The position numbers were made by a program, and so were the translations under genes. This document shows, one piece after another, positions 1 to 9,972 of a DNA stretch of 64,000 nucleotides (position 1 is its first letter; each line of letters opens with the position of its first letter). Below the pieces are notes generated by a model that worked only from the letters and a program-made list of their open reading frames with translations, did not search any database and had not been told where the DNA came from. The stretch is from Candidatus Saccharimonadota bacterium (GTDB lineage: Bacteria; Patescibacteriota; Saccharimonadia; Saccharimonadales; JACDBH01), in the NCBI GenBank assembly GCA_013694995.1, contig JACDBH010000004.1:128995-192994 (forward strand), written 5' to 3'.

Positions 1-1250
1 ATATTTTGTCCATCAATTGTAATTTCACCTTTATTTATATCTGAAAATCTTTGTAAAACTCGTACCAATGAAGATTTGCCTGATCCGGAATGGCCAACAA
101 GACCGACTTTTTCACCCGGTTTTATCCTTAGATTCAAGTGCTCAAATATACTGGTATCGGCATCTTTGTGTGCGAAGGTAAGATTATTGAGGTTAATCGC
201 ACCGCGGCCCATACGTAACTTTTCTGGTATTTGAGTATCACTAATTTCAGGTTCCAATGCCATAATCTTCACCATTTCAGCCGCATCGCCAATTGAACGG
301 TTATAATTCCGAAGCCCTTGGTTACTAAACTGAAACAGCTGGACGACAATGTTGGTTGTATAGCTGAGGATTAAGAATACTGTGGCTACGTCGGCGTTAA
401 AGCTAATTACACTAACTATGGCGAGTGCGAATGATGTAATCGAAATAATGCTTGATAAGCCTCCGAAGTACAGCATCTGACGTTGGTGTGCTGACATAAT
501 ATCCATAAGCTTGCTGTGCGTGTACTTTGTCACCTTCTTATAAGCAATATTTTCGAATAGTTCACTCGAGAAACTTTTTACAGCCATAATGTTCGTTAGA
601 GCATCAGCTAAGTAACCAGTTTGCTTGCTCTCTGCTCTGGCGTGTACTGCACCCTTACGTCTTACGGGCTTTGATACAAATACTGAAGTCGAAATATAAA
701 ATATAGAAAACAACACCAGGCTTACCACATAGATAGGAGCCTGCGACCAAAGGATTACACTGGCTAAAATAATGCTCGAAATCAAAGGTATAACATTAAA
801 CCAAGTAGTATCAGCTAATCTAACGTATGAACTTATGGCTTTATTGGTTTGCGAAACTAATGAACCGCTAAAACGGTTGGCATGAAAATCAGCACTTTGG
901 GATATTAGGTGGTTAAAAATAGACCTGGCAATATCTCTTTGTATCTTGCCCTCTAGCCGCCAAACCATCACGTCCACAACACGCCACATCACCAAGCTAG
1001 CAAATAAAATAACCGCAGCATACATAATAATTTCGGACCTAAAACTATCCCATGGTTGGTTTGGTATAAAATCACCGAGGCTCAAACGTCTTAGGGTATT
1101 GGCCAAGATTAACGGCGGTAGGAATTGGTTAAATAAGATTGTAAATGGCAAACAAATCACTAACCCTAACAAGGTGTAGGGGTATTCTTTAGCATATCTC
1201 CAGTAGAAGCGGATGGTAGTTAAAACCGATTTTTGAGATTTTTTTGACAT
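1..1250 (-). CDS. ABC transporter, fused permease/ATP-binding protein (runs off window start)
   Basis: Manual translation from ATG at 1250 (MSKKSQKSVLTTIRFYWRY...) gives hydrophobic TM segments, then a Walker A motif GEKVGLVGHSGSGKSS near 70-120. Not in the ORF track because the stop lies outside the window. Confidence 0.88.
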   Translation of the reverse strand, partial: MSKKSQKSVLTTIRFYWRYAKEYPYTLLGLVICLPFTILFNQFLPPLILANTLRRLSLGDFIPNQPWDSFRSEIIMYAAVILFASLVMWRVVDVMVWRLEGKIQRDIARSIFNHLISQSADFHANRFSGSLVSQTNKAISSYVRLADTTWFNVIPLISSIILASVILWSQAPIYVVSLVLFSIFYISTSVFVSKPVRRKGAVHARAESKQTGYLADALTNIMAVKSFSSELFENIAYKKVTKYTHSKLMDIMSAHQRQMLYFGGLSSIISITSFALAIVSVISFNADVATVFLILSYTTNIVVQLFQFSNQGLRNYNRSIGDAAEMVKIMALEPEISDTQIPEKLRMGRGAINLNNLTFAHKDADTSIFEHLNLRIKPGEKVGLVGHSGSGKSSLVRVLQRFSDINKGEITIDGQN

Positions 1251-1419
1251 GCTTTAGTGCCTTCCTGCATGATAAGTCTTTAAATAGAAATATACTTTTA
1301 CTATTTTAGTTTTTGTAGAACTTTTTTGCCGCCTCTTTAGTAATAAAAATGTGTTGTTAGTATAGCCTTAAACATATGCGCGTGACAACAGTTAAATTAC
1401 ATTTTATACTGGTAGTCTG

Positions 1420-2292
1420 ATGGAAAAGATTGTTCTATATTATAAATTTATACCAATTCCTGATACGGAGACAGTTTTGTATTGGCAGCATTCTTTATGT
1501 GAAAAGCTTGGGCTGAAGGGTCGCATTTTAATTAGCAACAAGGGCTTAAATGGCACTCTTGGTGGCGATATTAAGGCGTTAAAGGCTTACCGTAGGGCAA
1601 TGAACGAACATTCACTGTTCAAAGGCATCGAATATAAATGGTCCGATGGTAAAGCCGATGATTTTCCAAAACTTAGTATTAAAGTCCGTTCTGAAACCGT
1701 AACATTGGGCTGGGAACCTACGGTTAATAAGGATGGTGTTGTTGGCGGCGGCAAGCATTTAAAGCCGGAGCAAGTCCATAAATTAATTGAAGAACGTGGC
1801 GATGAGGTTGTATTTTTTGACGGACGTAATAAATACGAGGCCCAAATCGGAAAATTTAAAAATGCGGTCGTACCTAGCGTAAATACATTCAAAGAATACT
1901 TAACCGAACTGGATAAACCTGAATATGAAAAATTAAAGAAAAAACCAGTCGTTACATATTGTACAGGGGGAATACGTTGCGAAACTCTTAGCGCACTTAT
2001 GAAAGAAAAAGGCTTTGAAGAAGTTTATCAAATTGATGGTGGTATCGTAAAATACGGCAAAAAATATGCCGACGAAGGTTATTGGGAAGGCAAATTGTTT
2101 GTCTTTGATAAACGGATGAAGCTTGGATTTTCTGATCAATCCAAAGATATTGCCGAGTGCGAAATGTGCGAAAATAAAACCAGCAACCAAACCAACAGCA
2201 CAAATATTCGCCGGCGCCTGCACATAGTTTGTGAAGACTGTGCCTTAGCTAAAACTCTTAAGTTAGCTCCAGAAGTTTCTGGCACTAGTTAA
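1420..2292 (+). CDS. trhO: rhodanese-domain tRNA uridine(34) hydroxylase (TrhO/YceA family)
   Basis: LYYKF, LKGRILIS..GLNGT, DGRNKYE and YCTGGIRCE rhodanese motifs. Confidence 0.88.
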   Translation: MEKIVLYYKFIPIPDTETVLYWQHSLCEKLGLKGRILISNKGLNGTLGGDIKALKAYRRAMNEHSLFKGIEYKWSDGKADDFPKLSIKVRSETVTLGWEPTVNKDGVVGGGKHLKPEQVHKLIEERGDEVVFFDGRNKYEAQIGKFKNAVVPSVNTFKEYLTELDKPEYEKLKKKPVVTYCTGGIRCETLSALMKEKGFEEVYQIDGGIVKYGKKYADEGYWEGKLFVFDKRMKLGFSDQSKDIAECEMCENKTSNQTNSTNIRRRLHIVCEDCALAKTLKLAPEVSGTS

Positions 2293-2313
2293 AAAGTTTT
2301 ATATATTTAGGAT

Positions 2314-2378
2314 AGAGTGACTGGCGAACGGTTTTGGTCAGTAGCGTAAGCCACCAATTTACCGTTGCCAGCCACTCT
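2314..2378. terminator. long imperfect hairpin between convergent genes, possible bidirectional terminator
   Basis: agagtg-a-ctggc-g-aacggt pairs with accgtt-gccag-c-cactct. Confidence 0.4.
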
Positions 2379-2447
2379 TACCCCACAATATTTACGGCCC
2401 CAAACCTTACTTCGATAAAAACACTTCCTTTCTTAAAACCACTTGAC

Positions 2448-3245
2448 TTAGGTGGAAGAATGATCCATTTCACGGTCTTGATCGTGGTCGGCATCGACAT
2501 ATTCGTTGTCAGTGAATAGTCCTCCATGTTGTGGTGGTGCCGGCGGCGGGAGATCCCGTGTTTCAATCATTTCCGTTTCGGGCTCACCGATCGGCTTGCG
2601 CGAATCGCGTGCCATACTGCCTGATGCTTTTTGAGGCTGATTTGGCTTCGATGGTTGTTTGGACATACCGCTGGCAATCTCGGTACCCATCGTCAACATC
2701 ATCAACATCAACAGCTCTCCAAATAAGGAGATCAGGACCGTCAGCGCAAGCATGCCAACCCAGAACGGGTCAATACGGTCCAGGGGCGGTATAATTGCTC
2801 GAGGATCAAGCATAGACATGTTCAGTTGTGTCATGCCGCCTACGTCGAAGACTACGTCTGCGATGGTCGCAAGTATGGCGACAATGACTACAAGCCTAGC
2901 GTCACGTGTTCCCCTCGGGAGGTTTCCTGTCCTTTCCTTGTTCCAGAACGAAAGCTTAATTGCCGTAGCAGCCAAGCTCAACGTGAATGGTAGAAAAATC
3001 CAGAATCCGCCGCGGTTTGCTTCAGGCTGTCCGGAAAGAAATGACAGACTTAGAAAAATCGTGGACGCAAGCACACACAGCACGCCGATGAAGTACATCG
3101 ACGAGAAGAAGACAACTCCGAATCGTCGCGCCCATTTCTGAGCTCTCGGATTTATGAGCGAGAACTCATGGAACGTCGGATCAGGAACAGGCTCCTTATT
3201 CTTTTTTGCAGGACTCATGTTTTTTGCCTTTCGGCTCGGGCTCAC
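2448..3245 (-). CDS. hypothetical multi-pass membrane protein
   Basis: About four hydrophobic helices and a disordered acidic/Pro-rich C-terminus; start codon uncertain. Confidence 0.7.
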   Translation of the reverse strand: MSPSRKAKNMSPAKKNKEPVPDPTFHEFSLINPRAQKWARRFGVVFFSSMYFIGVLCVLASTIFLSLSFLSGQPEANRGGFWIFLPFTLSLAATAIKLSFWNKERTGNLPRGTRDARLVVIVAILATIADVVFDVGGMTQLNMSMLDPRAIIPPLDRIDPFWVGMLALTVLISLFGELLMLMMLTMGTEIASGMSKQPSKPNQPQKASGSMARDSRKPIGEPETEMIETRDLPPPAPPQHGGLFTDNEYVDADHDQDREMDHSST

Positions 3246-3375
3246 CAGGGTGAGGCATTTGTGGGGTACGTCTCGAACTACCAGTAAAGGTGCTGAGATT
3301 TAAAAATAGTAACAACACACTTATATGCAAGTCAACAGAACAATATTTATGTCAAGCCATTAATCTGTAAATAAA

Positions 3376-3436
3376 GCATAAGCATATTGACAAATACACA
3401 AAAAGCTTGACAAGCATCACGATTAGATGATTAATT
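3376..3436 (+). promoter_or_regulatory. GCATAAGC box plus tandem TTGACA promoter region of the 3637-11361 operon
   Basis: GCATAAGC-ATA-TTGACA...AAAGC-TTGACA; similar motif at 28034-28050, 34545-34561 and 62310-62345 (all minus strand). Confidence 0.5.
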
Positions 3437-3636
3437 AAATGTGACGTAACTTTTTAATTTAAGTTACGCCTGTAACCGTAATTTCGAAAGACCTCAATCT
3501 TTCGTCCTGGGGAATATGAATGGACGGGTTGGTGGTGGGCTATACGATTCGCAGGCTAATGGAAATATGTCTATCTTCGAAGACAATTTCACTTAATCTT
3601 ATCCACTTCATGCCTCCTCAAAAAGGAGAATAATGC

Positions 3637-4968
3637 ATGATCTATCAACCTATAGTCGTAACACCTGAAGGCCTAGTGATGGTGCCAGAAAATGTCATGC
3701 GCCGGCCCGAAGATGATTTTATCGAACAAGTAGCAGACAGAATACGACAAGTGGGCTCGACGGCGGGTGAATTTATCAATAATCAAGCAAAACCGCGTTC
3801 GGGATTTCTAGCACGTTTCGGACTGGCAACCGTGTTGACGGTCGGAGCGATAGGTACGGAATCGTTCGATGCAAATCAGACATCAGTATTAGAAAAAAGA
3901 AAAGACAAGACTGAACAGACGATTCGTTTCAAAGGGCCGCGCAGCAAGTTGCCATACGTAGCAGCAGGTGGTGTGGCAGCCGGAGTGTATGCCATCGGCG
4001 GCATATTTAGCAAATGGCCCTTCCCATGGAAAATCAACGTACCTAGCCTTCCTGCCATAAATGAGAAAAGCCCGCCGGAAGTCGTCGTCGGTATAGACCC
4101 GGAATCGTATGAAATTGAAGATGAATTCGAACTGTATTGTAATTCGCGTATTTCCGTAGCGGTCGGAGTCAAGGGACGCCAGCATAATTCGATCCTCGGT
4201 GATGGAACGTTAAATGATAAAAAATTCGGTGATTTCTTATTGTGTGCCGACAATGGAAAGCTGCGGTTTAGAATCACACCGGAATTCGATGAATATGGAA
4301 ATGTTATCAGTGTCAGTGGCGTACTACCGCCATTACTTGTTACTCAACCACGAGTTGATCATGAAGATGTCCGAAATTGCATCGACGCCAAAAGTGACAC
4401 ATCCATGGAAAAGATCCAAGAACTAGTCGCCAAGCGTAAGGCGGAAATAGCTGAGGGCAAACATCCTAAATGTGATAATGGCTTCGATGTAGATGGTTTC
4501 CTGCCTGCTCCAGACGAATCCTCAACAATCATCGACCTTTCTTATACGGCAGCTCAAATTGCAATCGCACTGGATGCCAACCCGAATATTCCTGTCTATC
4601 CTACTGAGAGTACAGTAGATGCTTCTACCGTAGCCGAACGTGAAGGCGGTGAAACGTTAACGATCATTGAGAGAGAATACGCACGGTACGAAAAAAAGGT
4701 GCGGGATGAGCTCATGTTCTATTATCAGCTTCCTGCCAATATGATCCATCTTACCCGGACCGATTTGAAAGAAACGCTTGAAACTCGGACTGCCAAAGTT
4801 TACGAAGAAATCAAATCAGAAGGCTTGTTCACCAAGTTCGAATTGAGCGAAGACGGTTCACAGCTTGTCATGTGGGGGCCGGATGACTCCAAGGTAACTG
4901 TCAATTACACGAATGAGATTGTTGTTGAAGATATCGTCGAACCAAGTGTAGAGCACGTAGGAAATTAG
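3637..4968 (+). CDS. hypothetical membrane-anchored protein
   Basis: 443 aa, SD AAAGGAG upstream, two hydrophobic segments, Cys-containing acidic C-terminal domain. Confidence 0.8.
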   Translation: MIYQPIVVTPEGLVMVPENVMRRPEDDFIEQVADRIRQVGSTAGEFINNQAKPRSGFLARFGLATVLTVGAIGTESFDANQTSVLEKRKDKTEQTIRFKGPRSKLPYVAAGGVAAGVYAIGGIFSKWPFPWKINVPSLPAINEKSPPEVVVGIDPESYEIEDEFELYCNSRISVAVGVKGRQHNSILGDGTLNDKKFGDFLLCADNGKLRFRITPEFDEYGNVISVSGVLPPLLVTQPRVDHEDVRNCIDAKSDTSMEKIQELVAKRKAEIAEGKHPKCDNGFDVDGFLPAPDESSTIIDLSYTAAQIAIALDANPNIPVYPTESTVDASTVAEREGGETLTIIEREYARYEKKVRDELMFYYQLPANMIHLTRTDLKETLETRTAKVYEEIKSEGLFTKFELSEDGSQLVMWGPDDSKVTVNYTNEIVVEDIVEPSVEHVGN

Positions 4969-4975
4969 GATTTTT

Positions 4976-5593
4976 ATGGACAAAAGAACGGAATATTACG
5001 AACCAAGACCGAAAGCACCGATCAAGGCATGGCATGTCGGCGCGGTAGTCACAGGATTAGTAGCATGGGGCTCCGCGACACATGCCAAGAATTTGTGGAA
5101 TATCGAAAAGAAGGAAGCAGCCAATGGCGTATCGTATTGGGCGCTCTCAGGTCCTTCGGCACCGAACGATGACGTTCGGCAACATGCGGTGATGCCGTCC
5201 GAGCTGCAGTTGTTCTTACGTACTAGCGCGTCAACCGAGCCCATGTGCGCCGATAACGAAGCTGGCAGCATCGAAGTAAAAGATAATGACAACAAAGAAC
5301 AATATAAAGTCTGCATTGACGCAGGTACGATAACCATAGATAAGAGTAATCCTACTCGCATCACCGCCGGCGTGCGCTTAGACCCAGTCCCCGAAGATCA
5401 GGAAGAAGCTCCGGTACTTTTGAAAACCTTTGAAACGTTCGTTGACCAATGCTATTCGGCAAAAGCTGGTATCACTGAAAGCTTTGACCAGGCACTGTCG
5501 GAAGAGTACGGTGAAGCGTTTGCTGGTCAGTTCGACCTAACAATCAGTATCGGCCGTAATGTCCGCCAGGATCCCTGTGGAGAAGAGTCATGA
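4976..5593 (+). CDS. hypothetical membrane-anchored/secreted protein
   Basis: N-terminal hydrophobic segment, four Cys, operonic spacing. Confidence 0.78.
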   Translation: MDKRTEYYEPRPKAPIKAWHVGAVVTGLVAWGSATHAKNLWNIEKKEAANGVSYWALSGPSAPNDDVRQHAVMPSELQLFLRTSASTEPMCADNEAGSIEVKDNDNKEQYKVCIDAGTITIDKSNPTRITAGVRLDPVPEDQEEAPVLLKTFETFVDQCYSAKAGITESFDQALSEEYGEAFAGQFDLTISIGRNVRQDPCGEES

Positions 5594-6474
5594 GTATGCG
5601 TAGCAACACCATAAAGAGCGGCAGACAGGAACGGTTCGACCGCGCCGGCCGTAGAAATATGAAAGGTGCCGACAAGATCGAAATTTTCCCCGGCCCTTTG
5701 GAACAATATGATAGCGAGAAAATAGCGTGGTCATTACCGCGACCTGAAACCTCACTGGAACCAGCGCCACGCGAGGACCGTGACCGTCGGATTAGCGGGA
5801 TAGGTAAGTTAGGTCTTGTACTGAGTGTATCTGCCGCAGTATTTAACATGCTGCCAGAATTCAAAAGCGGCAACGAAGCGGTCAAGCCGATACCAGTTTT
5901 AATACCGGAAGGCGGAACATTGCCAGTATCGGTCGGAGTTGTACCGCAAACCGGAAGTACAGCATCGGAACCCTCACCATCTAACCCGAGTATGCAGGGT
6001 AGCGAGTTCGGGATTTCTGATGTGCAAACGGCCGAAGTTTTTGATTCAACCGCTGCCGGCAGCGAAGGCTGTTTCCTAGTAGCAAAACATCTCGGACGAT
6101 CCACGTTCAAAGCGGAATTCGACATCTGCTTCGTCGACGCGGGTGAAACTGTCCAACAGAATAACTTCTTTGGAAGTGCAAAGCTGGAAAAAGTTTATGT
6201 AAGCTTCGAGAATCCCCAGACCCATAACCCGATTCCGCTACAGCTCCTTGACCACTACCAAACCGCAAGTAATGGAGAACCGCAAACCATCCAGCTCCAA
6301 TACGCATTCGACCAAGCGGTTGAAGCCGGCTACGTTACTGAAGGTAAATCGGCCTTGTACTATCGTGGTGACGACGTACCAAGCCCGATCAGTAGCGGAG
6401 AGATGCCGTACACGATCTTAGAACAGGAGATTATATTGGAAAGTGAAAACACAGGGGACATAACTAATGGTTGA
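5590..6474 (+). CDS. hypothetical single-pass membrane protein
   Basis: ATGA overlap with upstream gene; charged N-tail followed by TM segment LGLVLSVSAAVF. Confidence 0.78.
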   Translation: MSMRSNTIKSGRQERFDRAGRRNMKGADKIEIFPGPLEQYDSEKIAWSLPRPETSLEPAPREDRDRRISGIGKLGLVLSVSAAVFNMLPEFKSGNEAVKPIPVLIPEGGTLPVSVGVVPQTGSTASEPSPSNPSMQGSEFGISDVQTAEVFDSTAAGSEGCFLVAKHLGRSTFKAEFDICFVDAGETVQQNNFFGSAKLEKVYVSFENPQTHNPIPLQLLDHYQTASNGEPQTIQLQYAFDQAVEAGYVTEGKSALYYRGDDVPSPISSGEMPYTILEQEIILESENTGDITNG

Positions 6475-6486
6475 GGGAGTTAAAAA

Positions 6487-9400
6487 ATGTCTATAACAAA
6501 TGAACTTATCGGGCTGTACGGAGAAATTCCGCTTCAACATATAGCTGAGCCCCGATCAGATATTGATGATAAAAAAGCCGATTCATTAGTTGAGGAACTC
6601 CGTAAGCTTTATGGTGTGGATCTTCCGATTATTCGAATAGATGAAACATGTATTCCTGCCAATACAAACAGCCATTTGTTAATCAATTCACCGCATAAAT
6701 ATGAACCGTTATTAATAACCGGACAGGCCGAACTGGGTGAAAGAGTACCAGTAAGTCTCTTTTTACCTGGCAGGGCAAAGCAAGCTATTAAATATCTTGG
6801 TATAGCTGCTGGTGTTTCCGCACTTGTAGGTATTAGTGGTGGAGACCGGGCGCATGCCCATGAAGCGCCAGAAGAAGATCTGGATACCCCAAACGGGGTA
6901 GTTATTGGTAAAAACCAAACTTTATATTCCGAGCTCAGGAAATTTTATACTCATGAAGAAGTAGAACATGAACTAAGTAAGCGTAATATTACACTCGAGC
7001 AAGCCAATTCATTAAAGTTAACAGTTGGTTTCGCATGGGAAGTGCACCCGGATACAGTTGCTGAGCGGGATGCACGACTAGGGGGCAATACATCATCGTT
7101 CTTACTGGACAGTGGCGAGGATATAGTTAAGGAATTCCGGGACAGGGGGAATACTAGCATTGATGATGTTAAAAAAACCCTTCAGCATAATGGATGGTCC
7201 AACGATGTAAATAACTTACTAGCCGGTACTAATGTAAATGTACCTGCAGGGGTAATTCTCGGACCAGAACATACCCAACAAGTTCCCGTTGTGCTAGCTA
7301 CCCCGGCAGCAGAAATTCCAGTGGCTCCGGAACCCGCTAGAGCACCTTTAGCAGAAATGCCCGCACCAGAAACAACCGTGCTGCACCTGCAGGGGCCTAA
7401 TATTATCACTGATCTAACTAACTTGGACGTTACTGATCCTTACCAGGCAGGCATGGAAGCAGTATGGATAAGTAAAATAGATCCTACCAAAATGCAAAAA
7501 GGCGACGCCTATACCGTGCTTGCAAAAAGGCTACCGGCACCACCTGCTGGCCCACTTGAGTCAGAAATTAAGCCTGAACCTGAATTTATCACTTTGCCAC
7601 CAGGTGGATCAATTATAAGTGTACTCACATCGCTTGGCATACCTAATCCTGTACTCGTAGCTAACAGGATTAGAGCATTCAACGACAATATGACACTTGA
7701 AGAAGCCAGAAAAATTTTGCCTGGTGAGCCAATTGCTGTGCCACCAGGCATGTTGTTGCACTCCCATGAATCTCCTATTACAGAGCCTGTAAATATCATA
7801 CTTCCAAATGTACCCATAGAAGCACCGACGGATAGCCAATCAGAAGTCAATAGTTTGATTTCTACGCCTGTGCCGGGTATTGCTATAGGGGATTCTTTGA
7901 CTAAAGGTATGGCCAGTTTAGGCGACCTTGATGCAAAAGGTGCTGCAAATGGCTTAGAAATCGACAGCAGTAATGCCGTTAGTGGACGCTCATTGATAGA
8001 GGCGTTAAAAGGTCCAATTGATTTTGATCATCTACTATCTCAAAAATTTGTTGTGTTAGCGTTAGGCACTAATGCTTTAGAAAGTGATGCAGTTTATGCC
8101 GATACTATTCGTAGCTGGAATGGCGCCCTGAAAGCAGAAGCCGCTATTCGCGGGGTAGATATGCCGGCTATTTTCCTAGTTACATTGGTAGAAATTGAGG
8201 ACGGCGAGAACCGAGTTCCGGACGAAACCCGTAATGGTGTCATACATGACCTGAAAGATGAATTAGGACTCCATAGCATCGAGTGGGCAGATTATGTTGC
8301 AGCGCACCCTGAGATTTACGCATCTGGCGGTTTCCACCCAAGCGACTACGGGGCTATGTCAGATTTTGTAGTAAATGAAATAGCCCATCAGCTCGCTCCA
8401 GTAATGCCTGATACTCCAGGGGAAGTCGTGCCTACTGAAGAGAGTCAATCAGAAGTTGCACATCCTGCGGAAGTAGTTGCCCCGGCGGAACCTATTGTAG
8501 AAACGACTGAACTGCCTGAAGCCATTGTTGAGCCAGCGCTAGTCAATATATTAGAAGAATTAAGGGCTCATTACGGGGAAGGGTCGATTGATATAGCTAA
8601 ACTTGGCGCATTTGTAGAAACCCATTTTGCGCATCCGGCTCCAGCTCAAGGCATTAGCGAAGAGGCTGTAGGGCACCTATATCATCTACCAGAACGCCAG
8701 GAAGGCTTTGATTATGTAACCCATCCGCTGACTTGTATTAACGAAACCCTAGCCACAGCGCCACTATTAGCAGTAATAATTGCCATGCAAGATTATGCAC
8801 GACTGCTGACTATGTATGATGACCGTTTTAAGCAATTTTATGGATTTGAGTATGAGATTGGTGATGCGTCTTCCGGACACCATAATTCTCATGACAATGC
8901 GACGGCCGTGGATTTGCGTTCACGCTATGATGGGGTGGGTCCACTAATCAATCCACAAGGTCCATTATTTGCATCAGGCGCACCTAATTTTTACGCGGAA
9001 TTTACAGCCGAAATCATGCAGTTCGGACTGAACCTAACCTATAATGGAGATAAACTTATAGATCGAATCGAAATTACTTCGAAAGATATAGAAAAAGCTC
9101 TAACAGGTAATAACAAAAAAGGTGACGATGTATCTTACCAGCCTGGACATGCGGATCATATACATCTTGAGCTGGAAAAGCGCTATGGTATTAAAGTAAA
9201 CCCAAACTACAAAGCTTTGTCCTGTGCAGATCCATCAACTGGCGGTACAACTGCTACGCTTTACCCTGTGTCTCCACCGGCGCCAGTAGCCATTGAAGAA
9301 GTAATAATTGAGCCTGTAGCGGAGCAAGTCGCAGAAATTGTCGAAGAAATTCTAGAAGTTGTTGAGCCATCGATAGATATTCCACAAGAGGAAGTCAAAG

Positions 9401-9963
9401 AGCCAGAAGTAATTCCCCCTACAATTACAGAAGTAATTGAGCATGCCCGACAACTTACTCCCGAAGAATATATTAATATCTACAACGGCGGAGAATCGTG
9501 GACAGTAACTTACCGTGATGGCTCTACTGCCCAGGCTTCCCCGGAAGCTCAGAAATGGGTTGATTTTGTCTGGCGGGTCAAACACGGTGCATCGCCTGCG
9601 GTAGTTCAGAAAGCACTTACCGTTACGGGTGCCGAGTCAGGGTTTAAAAACAATATTAAGAATAAGAAAACACAAGATTCATGTCTATTTCAAGTTAACC
9701 CAGTAAATAAGAAATTTACAGAGTCTCTCGGGTATGATTACGACACATTACATTTAAATCCTGAAGCCTGCGCTGAAGTAGCTTATGCATTGTACGAACA
9801 ATCCATTGGCAAAGATTATGATGCTGAAACTATTAACTACTGGATAAATAATTACGGGCTCAATCTACCCGAGAATATGTATGATCTTTTAACATCGGGA
9901 AAAGCAATATCAGAAGGTTTCTTCCCATGGTTGATGAGCTCATCAAAAACAGGGCTTATCTAA
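6487..9963 (+). CDS. multidomain cell-wall hydrolase: degenerate LysM-like repeats, SGNH domain, MepA-like Zn endopeptidase, lytic transglycosylase-like domain
   Basis: IAIGDSL/LALGTN/GFHP (SGNH); IGDAS..HHNSH..AVDLR and HADHIH (LAS-type metallopeptidase); AESG..CLFQVN (SLT/lysozyme-like). Confidence 0.72.
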   Translation: MSITNELIGLYGEIPLQHIAEPRSDIDDKKADSLVEELRKLYGVDLPIIRIDETCIPANTNSHLLINSPHKYEPLLITGQAELGERVPVSLFLPGRAKQAIKYLGIAAGVSALVGISGGDRAHAHEAPEEDLDTPNGVVIGKNQTLYSELRKFYTHEEVEHELSKRNITLEQANSLKLTVGFAWEVHPDTVAERDARLGGNTSSFLLDSGEDIVKEFRDRGNTSIDDVKKTLQHNGWSNDVNNLLAGTNVNVPAGVILGPEHTQQVPVVLATPAAEIPVAPEPARAPLAEMPAPETTVLHLQGPNIITDLTNLDVTDPYQAGMEAVWISKIDPTKMQKGDAYTVLAKRLPAPPAGPLESEIKPEPEFITLPPGGSIISVLTSLGIPNPVLVANRIRAFNDNMTLEEARKILPGEPIAVPPGMLLHSHESPITEPVNIILPNVPIEAPTDSQSEVNSLISTPVPGIAIGDSLTKGMASLGDLDAKGAANGLEIDSSNAVSGRSLIEALKGPIDFDHLLSQKFVVLALGTNALESDAVYADTIRSWNGALKAEAAIRGVDMPAIFLVTLVEIEDGENRVPDETRNGVIHDLKDELGLHSIEWADYVAAHPEIYASGGFHPSDYGAMSDFVVNEIAHQLAPVMPDTPGEVVPTEESQSEVAHPAEVVAPAEPIVETTELPEAIVEPALVNILEELRAHYGEGSIDIAKLGAFVETHFAHPAPAQGISEEAVGHLYHLPERQEGFDYVTHPLTCINETLATAPLLAVIIAMQDYARLLTMYDDRFKQFYGFEYEIGDASSGHHNSHDNATAVDLRSRYDGVGPLINPQGPLFASGAPNFYAEFTAEIMQFGLNLTYNGDKLIDRIEITSKDIEKALTGNNKKGDDVSYQPGHADHIHLELEKRYGIKVNPNYKALSCADPSTGGTTATLYPVSPPAPVAIEEVIIEPVAEQVAEIVEEILEVVEPSIDIPQEEVKEPEVIPPTITEVIEHARQLTPEEYINIYNGGESWTVTYRDGSTAQASPEAQKWVDFVWRVKHGASPAVVQKALTVTGAESGFKNNIKNKKTQDSCLFQVNPVNKKFTESLGYDYDTLHLNPEACAEVAYALYEQSIGKDYDAETINYWINNYGLNLPENMYDLLTSGKAISEGFFPWLMSSSKTGLI

Positions 9964-9972
9964 GGAAACAAT

